64,000 nt of DNA, from assembly GCA_040768005.1 (NCBI GenBank), contig JAXGNL010000001.1:7008-71007 (forward strand), given 5' to 3'. Shown one piece after another: positions 16,124 through 24,684 of this stretch (the stretch's first letter is position 1; every line of letters starts with the position of its first letter). The position numbers and the translations under genes were made by a program. The stretch is from Kiritimatiellia bacterium. GTDB taxonomy: Bacteria > Verrucomicrobiota > Kiritimatiellia > CAIQIC01 > Lenti-01. The notes under the pieces were generated by a model that ran no database searches, was not told the DNA's origin, and worked only from the letters and a program-made list of their open reading frames with translations.

Positions 16124-16867
16124 ATGGAAGCGATACGACACAGCGCGGCGGTGGCCAAACGGGAGTGGAAGGCGTACTTCCATTCGCCGGTGGCCTATAT
16201 TTTCATCATCATTTTTCTGGCCCTGGCGGGGTTCTTCACGTTTTCGGTGGGGAGCTTCTACGAGGCGGGGCAGGCGGATCTGCGGATCTTCTTTTTCTGG
16301 CATCCGTGGCTGTACCTGATCCTGGTGCCGGCGGTGGCGATGCGGTTGTGGGCGGAAGAGCGCCGGATGGGGACGATGGAACTGCTGTTCACGCTGTCGG
16401 TGACGCCGATGCAGGCGATTGCGGGGAAGATGGCGGCGGCGTGGGGGTTCCTGTGTCTGGCGCTGGCGCTGACGTTTCCGATTCCGCTGACGGCGGGCTG
16501 GCTGGGGAATCCGGACTGGGGGGTGGTGGCCAGCGGCTATCTGTCCAGCGCGCTGCTGGCGGGGGCCTATCTGGCGGTGGGGCTGTTCACGTCCGCGCTG
16601 ACGCGCAACCAGGTGATCAGTTTCGTGCTGGCGGTGGTGGGGGGACTGTTCCTGATTCTGGCGGGGTATGAGCCGGTGACGACGCTGCTTTCGCAGTGGG
16701 CGCCGCGCTGGCTGGTGGACGGGGTGGCGGCGGCGGGTTTCATGACGCATTTCCAGGCGATGCAGCGGGGGGTGTTGGATCTGCGCAACTTCGTGTATTT
16801 CGCGAGCGTGATCGGCTTCATGCTGTTTTTGACGCAACTGGTGCTGAACAACCGCTCGGGGCGCTGA
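16124..16867 (+). CDS. ABC-2 family transporter permease (GldF-like)
   Basis: Start placed at MEAIRHSAAVAKREWKAYFHSPVAYIFIIIFLALAGFFTF. Multiple hydrophobic spans. Follows the ATPase gene. Confidence 0.7.
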   Translation: MEAIRHSAAVAKREWKAYFHSPVAYIFIIIFLALAGFFTFSVGSFYEAGQADLRIFFFWHPWLYLILVPAVAMRLWAEERRMGTMELLFTLSVTPMQAIAGKMAAAWGFLCLALALTFPIPLTAGWLGNPDWGVVASGYLSSALLAGAYLAVGLFTSALTRNQVISFVLAVVGGLFLILAGYEPVTTLLSQWAPRWLVDGVAAAGFMTHFQAMQRGVLDLRNFVYFASVIGFMLFLTQLVLNNRSGR

Positions 16868-16902
16868 GCGGGGGGACGAACGGAATCCGGCGAGGTGAGG
16901 GA

Positions 16903-18789
16903 ATGAACAAGACGACAACGAAGGTGTTTTCGGGCGCGGCGGGCGCGGGACTGGTGCTGGCGATCGTGGTGGCGGTCAACGCGCTGCTGGCGAACGTGCG
17001 GGTGAGCAAGGATCTGACGGAGGAACAACTCTACACGCTCTCGGAGGGAACCGCGGGGATGCTGCGGGATCTGGAGCGGCCGGTGACGCTGAAGTTCTAT
17101 TTTTCGCGCAGTCATGCGCAACTGCCGGTGGCCCTGAAGAATTATGCGCAGCGCACGACGGATTTCCTGCGCGAGATTGAATCGCGCAGCGGAGGGAATC
17201 TGACGCTGGAGCTGCTGGATCCCCGTCCGGACACCGAGACGGAGGAGTGGGCGCAGCGGTACGGGCTGATGCCGCAGGCGGTCGGCGGCATCGGGGCGCC
17301 TCCGGATCTGTATCTGGGGCTGGTGGCGGTGAGCGGCACGCGGGAGGCGTCGATTCCGCTGCTGGCGCCGGCGCTGGAGCCGCAGATGGAATACCTGGTG
17401 GCACGGCTGATCCAGGAGGTGACGCAGGAACGCCGCCCGCGGATCGGGGTCATGAGCGGGCTGCCGGTGCTGGGGACTCCGCGCTTCGGTCCGCCGCCGG
17501 TCCGGCCGGACTGGCTGTTCGTGTCGGAACTGAAGGCGCAATACGAGGTGGTGCCGGTGGCGATGGATGCCGCGGAGATTCCGGAGGACATCGATGCACT
17601 GATTCTGGCGCATCCGGCGGGAATCGGAGACGAGACGCTGTTTGGCATCGATCAATATGTGCTGGGCGGCGGCCGTCTGATCGCGTTCGTGGATCCGTTG
17701 TGCCTGTCGCAGGAGGAATCCGGCGAGCCGGGGATGCCGGCGCTGTCGTCGGACCTCAACCGGCTGACCGGGGCCTGGGGGGTGCGGGTGGATGCCGGGC
17801 GGGTGGTGGCCGATCTGGCCGCGGCCACGCCGGTGAACCTCGGGGAAGGCCGCTCGGAGCTGTTGCCCGCGTGGCTGACGCTGCGCGGCGAGCCGCACCT
17901 GAATCCGGACGAGCTGGCGACCGGGTCCCTGGGCAGCCTGATGCTGCCGTTTGCGGGCCGGATCGAGGGTACGCCGGTTGAAGGCCTGAAGATGGATGTG
18001 CTGGTTCATGCGTCGGACCAGGCGGTGACGCTGGCGAGGCACCAGGCGCAGAACCCGTTCAGCCAGAGCACCCGGGACGGCGTGGCGTCGGCGGGCGCGC
18101 CGCTGGCCGTGCGGCTGGCCGGGCGGTTCCCGACGGCGTTTTCGGATGGTCCGCCGAAGTCCGGCGGGGACGGCGATGAAGATGCCGCGGAAAGCGGGGA
18201 GGAGGGCGGCGCCGGGGACTGGCGCAAAGAGGCCGAGCGTGACGGCGTCGTGGTGCTCGTGGCCGACGCGGACATGCTGGCCGACCGGATGGCGGCGCAG
18301 ACCGTGCATTTCTTCGGGCAGGTGTTTCATCAGCCCATCAACGACAACCTGAACTTCACGATGAATCTGGCCGAGCAGCTCTCGGGCAATCCGGCGTTGA
18401 TCGGATTGCGCAGCCGGGGGCAGTTCCACCGTCCGTTCGAGCGCGTGCTGGCGATGGAGCAGGCGGCGCAGGAACGCTGGCAGGAGGAGGAAGAGAAACT
18501 CCAGGCCAACCTGACGGAGGCGCAGCAGCGGCTGAACGAACTCCAGATGGCCAAGAGCGAAGATCAGCAACTGGTGCTGAGTCCCGCGCAACGGGCGGAG
18601 ATTGAACGGTTCCGGCAGGAGCGGTTCGAGACGCAGCGTCAGTTGACGGAGGTGCGCCGGAACCTGCGGCGGAGCATCGAGCGGCTGGGCCTGGTGCTGA
18701 AGGTGCTGAACATGGCGGCGGTGCCCGTGCTGGTGGCGGTGTTTGGATTGGTGCATGGCTGGAAGCGCCGGCAGCGCGCGGCGGCCTGA
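16903..18789 (+). CDS. GldG-like ABC-transport auxiliary protein
   Basis: Start at MNKTTTKVFSGAAGAGLVLAIVVAVNALL (N-terminal TM), a large periplasmic body, and a C-terminal coiled coil plus TM (MAAVPVLVAVFGLVHGW). Its position after the ABC-2 pair is typical of GldG-family genes. Confidence 0.55.
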   Translation: MNKTTTKVFSGAAGAGLVLAIVVAVNALLANVRVSKDLTEEQLYTLSEGTAGMLRDLERPVTLKFYFSRSHAQLPVALKNYAQRTTDFLREIESRSGGNLTLELLDPRPDTETEEWAQRYGLMPQAVGGIGAPPDLYLGLVAVSGTREASIPLLAPALEPQMEYLVARLIQEVTQERRPRIGVMSGLPVLGTPRFGPPPVRPDWLFVSELKAQYEVVPVAMDAAEIPEDIDALILAHPAGIGDETLFGIDQYVLGGGRLIAFVDPLCLSQEESGEPGMPALSSDLNRLTGAWGVRVDAGRVVADLAAATPVNLGEGRSELLPAWLTLRGEPHLNPDELATGSLGSLMLPFAGRIEGTPVEGLKMDVLVHASDQAVTLARHQAQNPFSQSTRDGVASAGAPLAVRLAGRFPTAFSDGPPKSGGDGDEDAAESGEEGGAGDWRKEAERDGVVVLVADADMLADRMAAQTVHFFGQVFHQPINDNLNFTMNLAEQLSGNPALIGLRSRGQFHRPFERVLAMEQAAQERWQEEEEKLQANLTEAQQRLNELQMAKSEDQQLVLSPAQRAEIERFRQERFETQRQLTEVRRNLRRSIERLGLVLKVLNMAAVPVLVAVFGLVHGWKRRQRAAA

Positions 18790-18808
18790 GAAAACGGGAG
18801 GCGAAATC

Positions 18809-19951
18809 ATGTCCAGGAAAACATTGACGATATTGGCGGGAATGCTGGCGGCCTTGCTGTGCGCGCTGTGGTGGAAGGGACGCGCGCCGGGGGGCGGGAG
18901 AGCGGACGTTCCCGAAAGCGCCGGAAGATTATTGGCGGGCATGGATTGGGAAAGCCTGCGGGCGGTTGTGCTGGAGGAGGCCGGGGACCGCATCCGCCTT
19001 GAACGGAAAGACGACGTGTGGCGTGTGGCCGAGCTCGACGGCTATCCGGCCGATTTCGAGCGGCTGCGCCGGCTGGTTCAGGCCCTCGACGAGTTGACGC
19101 CGGGGCCGGTGGTGGATTCCGGGGAGGGGGATCTGGCGGACTACGGGTTGACGGAGGACAGCGATCCGCGGCCGTCGGTTGTGACGCTGGAACATGCACA
19201 AGGCGTGACGGTGCTTCGGCTGGGGGCGCGCCGCCAGCCGCGGCGTCCGGAGGATCTGTGGGGGCCGCCGCCGGGGCGCTTTGCGCGCGTGGACGAGGGA
19301 CCGGTGGTGCTGCTGGCGGAAGACCTGCCGCTGGTGCAGAGTAATCCGCAGACCTGGTGGGATCGCGGGCTGCTGGCGGTGGAGCCGGAAACGATCGAGC
19401 AGATCCGGGTGGAGGCCGGCGGGGAATCCTTTGCCATCGAACGCACGGAGGATGGAGGCTTTGGCGTGGTGGATGGCGCAGAGACCGATTTCGCGGATGC
19501 ATCGGGGGCGAAGCGGTTGTTCGGGGCGCTGCGGAATCTGCGGGCGGACCGTCTGCTGACGGCCGAAGACTTGGATCAAGAATTGTGGCCGGAGGATCCG
19601 CGTCTGGTTGAAGCCCGGACGGCGGATGCGGTGTACCGGGTCTGGCTGGGCGGGGCACCGTCGGAGTCGCCGGAAAGCCGGATGGTTCGGATCGAAATGG
19701 AGGCAAACGCCGAGGCCCGTCCGGAGATCCGGACGCAGGCGGAGCGAACGGGACAACAAGCGGAAGGGCGCACTTTTGGGATTCCCGCCTATCTGGTGAA
19801 TGCGCTGGAGATGGACCGGGGCGCCGTGATCCAGGTCCGGGAGCCTGAAGCGGTCGAGGACCATCCGGAGGCAGAAGACACCGAAGACGCCGCGGCACCG
19901 GAATCGGAGGCGGATCAGGACCGGGCGCGGATGGTGGAATCCAGCGAATAG
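18809..19951 (+). CDS. DUF4340-like protein (usual partner of GldG-like genes)
   Basis: ATG at 18809, N-terminal TM MSRKTLTILAGMLAALLCALWW. Last gene of the exporter operon. The family call rests on context and memory only. Confidence 0.45.
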   Translation: MSRKTLTILAGMLAALLCALWWKGRAPGGGRADVPESAGRLLAGMDWESLRAVVLEEAGDRIRLERKDDVWRVAELDGYPADFERLRRLVQALDELTPGPVVDSGEGDLADYGLTEDSDPRPSVVTLEHAQGVTVLRLGARRQPRRPEDLWGPPPGRFARVDEGPVVLLAEDLPLVQSNPQTWWDRGLLAVEPETIEQIRVEAGGESFAIERTEDGGFGVVDGAETDFADASGAKRLFGALRNLRADRLLTAEDLDQELWPEDPRLVEARTADAVYRVWLGGAPSESPESRMVRIEMEANAEARPEIRTQAERTGQQAEGRTFGIPAYLVNALEMDRGAVIQVREPEAVEDHPEAEDTEDAAAPESEADQDRARMVESSE

Positions 19952-20499
19952 AGGAGTTGCGCGAGGCGGCTGTTTCTCGGAGTCCGCGCCGGCATCTGCC
20001 GCAGCACGTCGCGCACGGCGGGGGGTGCCTGTTGCACCAAAAGGCGGACTACGGCGTCGCCGATGGCGGAGTGTCCGAGGCCGTCGAGTTCGAGGGCCAG
20101 CGCGGCATAGGCGGCGGAGCCGACGATGTGCAGGGTTTGCTGAACATCCGCCAGGGGATGCGTATAGGCGCTGGCGGCGGCGTGGCCCGCCGCGCGGGCG
20201 GCGGCGGCGGCCGCGGGAGGGTCCGTCTCCCGCGCCGCGGCATGCGCTTGACAGGCCAGGGAGCGCAGCCGGGCGGCCCGTTTTCCCCCGGCGGCGAAGG
20301 CCCGGATGCCTTCGATCGCCGCACGGGGGCGCGGATCCGAATTCGCGCAGCGCTTGAATACGGGCAGCGCCCGTTCCGCGCCATCCGCGGCCCAGCCCCC
20401 GATGGCGCGGAGCGAATCGAGGCTCAGGGGAAAATACGGGGCATCGCGATTCTTCATGGCGTCCTTGCGGGGACGTTCGGGTTTCGGGCGCGGGGTCAT
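19915..20499 (-). CDS. Imm-5-like helical protein (putative immunity protein family)
   Basis: The pattern WAADGAERALPVFKRC..DPRPRAAIEGIRAFAAG......AHAAARE...PAAAAAARAAGHAAASAY matches the remembered Imm-5-like consensus. The start forms an ATGA overlap with the stop of 20496..22226. Confidence 0.45.
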   Translation of the reverse strand: MTPRPKPERPRKDAMKNRDAPYFPLSLDSLRAIGGWAADGAERALPVFKRCANSDPRPRAAIEGIRAFAAGGKRAARLRSLACQAHAAARETDPPAAAAAARAAGHAAASAYTHPLADVQQTLHIVGSAAYAALALELDGLGHSAIGDAVVRLLVQQAPPAVRDVLRQMPARTPRNSRLAQLLYSLDSTIRARS

Positions 20500-22226
20500 G
20501 CCGCCGCAGGGGAGGGGGATTCGGATTTGGACAGGATGGCCTGAAGCGCGGCAAACAGTTCGGGGGCATCTTTGGCTTCCGCGAGCCGGATGCGGTTGTC
20601 GGGCCGGGCCATGGCCCGGGCGATTTGCGCGAGAATCTGCACATGGATGTCTTCCGCAACGGTCGAACTGGCCAGGAAGAAGACATGATGGACGGGTTCG
20701 GCGTCGGGGGCGTCCCAGTCAATGCCTTCGGATGAATGGGCATAGGCCAGAATGGGATTGCGGAGATTGTCGAACCGGACATGGGGGATGGCCACGCCGT
20801 GGCCGATGCCCGTGCCGAATTCGTTTTCGCGGTTGAGGGCGGAACGGGTGACCGGCTCGATGTCGGGCGTATCGGAGTGCTCGGCCACCTTGGCGGCAAG
20901 CAGACGGATGGCATCGGCGCGGGAGGCGGTCGGCGGCAGCACCGGCAGGATGGCGGACTTCTCCAGGAACCGGACCGGCGAGACCTTGCGCCGCCGGGCG
21001 ACGGCATGGGCCATCCAGGGGCCCATGACCACCGAGGAAAACACGGCGCTGAAGACGATGGCGACGAACACGGCGGGGGTGATCAGGCCGGCTTCCAGCG
21101 CGAGCAGGGCGACCACGATCTCCATCATGCCGCCGGGGGTGTGGGAGATGGAGATGAGATGACGGTTCACGCGCGGCTGACGGGTCAGGTTGACGCCCAG
21201 CCACGCGCCGAGATAGCGCCCGGCGATGCCGACCACGCAGACCAGCAGGACCAGGCCGAAATGAAAGTGGGCGGCAAAATCGATTTTCAGGCCGATGGTG
21301 GCGAAGAACAGGGGAACAAACAGGGCATAGACCATCTGGTTGATGACCCGGCGGGTATCTTCGGACAGGCTCTTGGCTTCGCCTGCGACAATGCCGGCCA
21401 GGAAGAAGCCGAACAGGGCGTGCACGCCGAGTTTCTGCGTAATGGAGCCGAACAGCAGCCCGAGAAGCAGGGTGATGGTCAGCGAACTGGCCGGTTCGGG
21501 GAATTCCCGCGCCTTGAGGGCATCGAAAATCCGGGCGGATACGGGACGGCCAACGGTCAGCACGAGAACGGCAAACCCGACGGTGCCGGCGAAAATCAGG
21601 AGGATGGAACCGATGGCGACGGAGGTTTGCAGGAACAGGGCGAGGATGATGGCGAAGAGCACCCAGCCGATGATATCGTTGACAGCGAGCGCGGACATGG
21701 TGAGAAAGCCCAGATCGGTCTTGAGCAGGTTCAGGTCGTGCAGGGCGCGGGCGGATACCGGCATGGCGCTGATGGTCATGACCGTGGCCATGAACAGGCC
21801 GAACAGAATGCGCCGGTCGGGGTGGGCGAGCAGATGGTCCGGCAGGAACATCACCGGGACAAAAGCCACCAGCATGGGGATGAAGATGTCGGACAGGGCG
21901 ATGGCCAGGGCGCTGCCGCGCTGGCGCCAGGCGATGGAAAAGTCGATTTCCAGCCCGGTGTCCAGCAGCAGGAACAGGACGCCCAGCCAGGCGACGGTTT
22001 CCAGCATGATCTGCTGGACGGGGTCCGCCGGAAACAGCGCGGCATGCAGTTCCGGCATGAAGCGGCCGAACAGGGTGGGGCCGAGTGCGATGCCCACCAG
22101 CAGTTCGGCGGTCAGGGCGGGCTGTTTCCAGCGGCGGAACAGTTCGCCCAGCCCCCGGGCGCAGACCAGCAGGACAAAGAGCTGGACCAGGAAGAGAAAA
22201 ATATGATGCTCACCGAGAAATTGCAT
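20496..22226 (-). CDS. cation:proton antiporter (CPA2-type) fused to a C-terminal PTS EIIA-2 (EIIA-Ntr-like) domain
   Basis: About 12 hydrophobic helices with a Na_H-exchanger-like N-terminus (LVGIALGPTLFGRF). The C-terminal ~150 aa carry the EIIA-2 hallmark FGTGIGHGVAIPHVR. Confidence 0.8.
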   Translation of the reverse strand: MQFLGEHHIFLFLVQLFVLLVCARGLGELFRRWKQPALTAELLVGIALGPTLFGRFMPELHAALFPADPVQQIMLETVAWLGVLFLLLDTGLEIDFSIAWRQRGSALAIALSDIFIPMLVAFVPVMFLPDHLLAHPDRRILFGLFMATVMTISAMPVSARALHDLNLLKTDLGFLTMSALAVNDIIGWVLFAIILALFLQTSVAIGSILLIFAGTVGFAVLVLTVGRPVSARIFDALKAREFPEPASSLTITLLLGLLFGSITQKLGVHALFGFFLAGIVAGEAKSLSEDTRRVINQMVYALFVPLFFATIGLKIDFAAHFHFGLVLLVCVVGIAGRYLGAWLGVNLTRQPRVNRHLISISHTPGGMMEIVVALLALEAGLITPAVFVAIVFSAVFSSVVMGPWMAHAVARRRKVSPVRFLEKSAILPVLPPTASRADAIRLLAAKVAEHSDTPDIEPVTRSALNRENEFGTGIGHGVAIPHVRFDNLRNPILAYAHSSEGIDWDAPDAEPVHHVFFLASSTVAEDIHVQILAQIARAMARPDNRIRLAEAKDAPELFAALQAILSKSESPSPAAA

Positions 22227-22413
22227 CCGTCGGGGGGCTCCTTTTCTTCAGAATACGGGTCTGGATGCTCCGGCGCAAGTTTTCCGCTTCCGGAGGCGGG
22301 CTGTGGATGACCCACTCCCATGCCGCCGGGTTTCGCCTTCCCCGGGTGTCATGGAGAAGGGGGGGTGAAAAAAGCGGGAGGCGCGAACACCTCCCGCTCA
22401 GGTCTGCGGGGGA

Positions 22414-22908
22414 TCAATCCCCTTGGCGCTTGCCGAACTGGCGGTCCAGCATGAACGTGCCGTTCGCGGAACCGGCGACATGCTGGAGGGCGCTGATGGC
22501 TTCGTTGCAGTTGGCCTCTTCCTCGACCTGCTCGTCAATGAACCACTTGAGCATGCTTTGGGTGGCGTAGTCTTTTTCCTCGAGGGCGAGGGTGTACAGG
22601 TCGTTGATCCAGGCGGTGACCTTCTTCTCGTGCAGCAGGGCGTCTTCAAACATCTCCAGGATGCCGTTCCATTCGGTCTTGGGGGCCTCCATGGCGTCCA
22701 GCACGACCTTGTGGCCCTGGTTCTGAACGTATTTTGCGAATTTCAAGGCGTGTTCCTGCTCCTCCTCGAACTGGAGGGTCATCCAGCGGGCGGTGCCGTT
22801 GTAGCCCTTGTCGGCGGCGTCGTTGGCCATGGCCAGATACAGGAACGCGGAGAAGAATTCACGGTTGATCTGGGCATTGATTTCCCGGGCCATTTTGTTG
22901 CTGATCAT
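22414..22908 (-). CDS. ftn: ferritin (non-heme)
   Basis: 164 aa from MISNKMAREINAQINREFFSAFLYLAMA. Ferroxidase-centre pattern EEEQEHALKF and IDEQVEEE. Start at 22908, within track ORF 22414..23286. Confidence 0.85.
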   Translation of the reverse strand: MISNKMAREINAQINREFFSAFLYLAMANDAADKGYNGTARWMTLQFEEEQEHALKFAKYVQNQGHKVVLDAMEAPKTEWNGILEMFEDALLHEKKVTAWINDLYTLALEEKDYATQSMLKWFIDEQVEEEANCNEAISALQHVAGSANGTFMLDRQFGKRQGD

Positions 22909-23098
22909 GAGTCGGAGTCCTTTCGTTGTTGAAATAGCGCGGCCAAAGCCGCGCGTGAATGGATTCGTTTGCGCGGAAGATATCACGGGGCAGCGCCCTT
23001 GTCCAGCTGTGGCAAACAGTTGCGCTTTGGGCGGGCCGGAACCCCGGGGGGCGAAATCCTCGACAAGCGTCCGGACGGCAGGTAGAGTGCCCGACTTT

Positions 23099-24250
23099 AT
23101 GCCCGAGATCGGTACATTCGAGGTTTTGCAGGAGGACCCGGGGACAAAGGCCCGGCTGGGGCGGCTGTGGACGGCCCACGGACCGGTGGACACCCCGGTA
23201 TTCATGCCGGTGGGCACGCAGGCCACTGTCAAGTCCATGGCGCCGTGGGAACTGGAGGCGCTGAACTGCGAAATCCTGCTGGGCAATACCTACCACCTGA
23301 ACATCCGTCCCGGCATGGACGTGATGGAACGATTCGGCGGCCTGCACCGGTTCCAGGACTGGAAGCGGGCGATTCTGACGGACAGCGGCGGCTACCAGGT
23401 GTTCAGCCTGACCCACCTGCGCAAAATGACCCCGGACGGGGTCTGGTTCCAATCGCATGTGGACGGGACGAAGATGTTCATGGGACCGAAGGAAAGCATG
23501 GCGATTCAGCGGACGCTGGGGTCGGACATCGCAATGGTGTTTGACGAGTGTCCGCCGTGTCCGTGCACGCCGGAATACGCTTGCCAAGCGGTGGATCGCA
23601 CCCTATCGTGGGCGGCCAAATGTGCCCAACAGCCCCGGGCCCCGGGACAGTTGGTGTTCGGCATTGTCCAGGGCGGCGTTCATCCGGAACTGAGGGAGCG
23701 CTGCGCCAAGGGGTTGCTGGCGCTGGGCGCGTTCGATGGCTATGCCATCGGCGGCGTCAGCGTGGGCGAGCCCGAGGAGCTGATCATGCCGGGCGTGCGC
23801 ATGACGGCGGACCTGCTGCCCCGGGAGCGTCCGCGCTATCTGATGGGCGTCGGCCAGTTCTGGCAGATGGCCGAGTCGGTGGCGCTGGGCGTGGACATGT
23901 TCGACTGCGTCATGCCGACACGGCTGGCCCGGCACGGGACGGTGTTCACCCGCCAGGGCCGTTATTCGGTGCGGGCGGCGGTGAACCGCCTGGACGAGCG
24001 GCCGCTGGAAGAGGGCTGCACGTGCCCGGCCTGCCGGCGGTTCAGCCGGGGCTATGTGCGGCACCTGCTGAACACGGGCGAGATCCTCGGGGTCCGCCTG
24101 ACGGCCCTGCACAATATGCAGGCCTATTTTGATTTCATCGCCCGGATGCGGCAGAGCCTCCGGGAGGGACAATTTGAAGCGTTCCGCGCGGAGACGGCCC
24201 GGGTGTACGGGCCGGACGCGGCGGGACCGGGAGCCGCGGCCGGAGCCTAG
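23099..24250 (+). CDS. tgt: tRNA-guanine transglycosylase
   Basis: GPVDTPVFMPVGTQATVK, ILLGNTYHL, LTDSGGYQVFS, and the zinc site CTCPACRRFSRGYVRHL. ATG at 23099 inside track ORF 22808..24250. Confidence 0.9.
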   Translation: MPEIGTFEVLQEDPGTKARLGRLWTAHGPVDTPVFMPVGTQATVKSMAPWELEALNCEILLGNTYHLNIRPGMDVMERFGGLHRFQDWKRAILTDSGGYQVFSLTHLRKMTPDGVWFQSHVDGTKMFMGPKESMAIQRTLGSDIAMVFDECPPCPCTPEYACQAVDRTLSWAAKCAQQPRAPGQLVFGIVQGGVHPELRERCAKGLLALGAFDGYAIGGVSVGEPEELIMPGVRMTADLLPRERPRYLMGVGQFWQMAESVALGVDMFDCVMPTRLARHGTVFTRQGRYSVRAAVNRLDERPLEEGCTCPACRRFSRGYVRHLLNTGEILGVRLTALHNMQAYFDFIARMRQSLREGQFEAFRAETARVYGPDAAGPGAAAGA

Positions 24251-24269
24251 GCGGCAGGAGGAGAACAGA

Positions 24270-24620
24270 ATGAACTGGATGATGGGACTGGCGATGGCGC
24301 CGCCGCCGGGCGGCGAGGGCTCGGCGCAGAATTCGAGTGTCTTCATGTTTGTGTGGCTGGGGCTGATGGTGGCCTTGTTCTATTTCATGCTGATCCGGCC
24401 CCAGAAGCGGCGCGAAAAGGAACGCCAGGCGCTGCTGTCGGCCGTGAAGACCGGCGACCGGGTGCTGTTTGGCGGCGGATTTCTCGGCGTGGTGGCCAAC
24501 GTGAAGGAGAATACCCTGGTGGTGAAGATCGCCGACGGGGTGAAGGTGGAAATCGTCCGCGGCGCGGTGTCGCAGGTGCTCGAAAAGGGCGAGACGCCGG
24601 CGGAGAGCGACAAGGCCTGA
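24270..24620 (+). CDS. yajC: preprotein translocase subunit YajC
   Basis: FYFMLIRPQKRREKERQALLSAVKTGDRVLFGGGFLGVV is the YajC signature. AGGAGGAG lies upstream of the ATG at 24270. Confidence 0.85.
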   Translation: MNWMMGLAMAPPPGGEGSAQNSSVFMFVWLGLMVALFYFMLIRPQKRREKERQALLSAVKTGDRVLFGGGFLGVVANVKENTLVVKIADGVKVEIVRGAVSQVLEKGETPAESDKA

Positions 24621-24684
24621 CGCATCCGCGGCAGGCGGAGAGGATTTCCGGCGCAACCGCCGGGCAACAACGGGAAGCAAGGAC

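Noticed and set aside
22937-22954. Perfect 7-bp stem hairpin GCGCGGC-CAAA-GCCGCGC in the ferritin/tgt divergent spacer, considered as a possible iron-responsive element.
   Set aside because: It is too short and GC-generic to interpret, and no Fur-box-like AT-rich palindrome is nearby.
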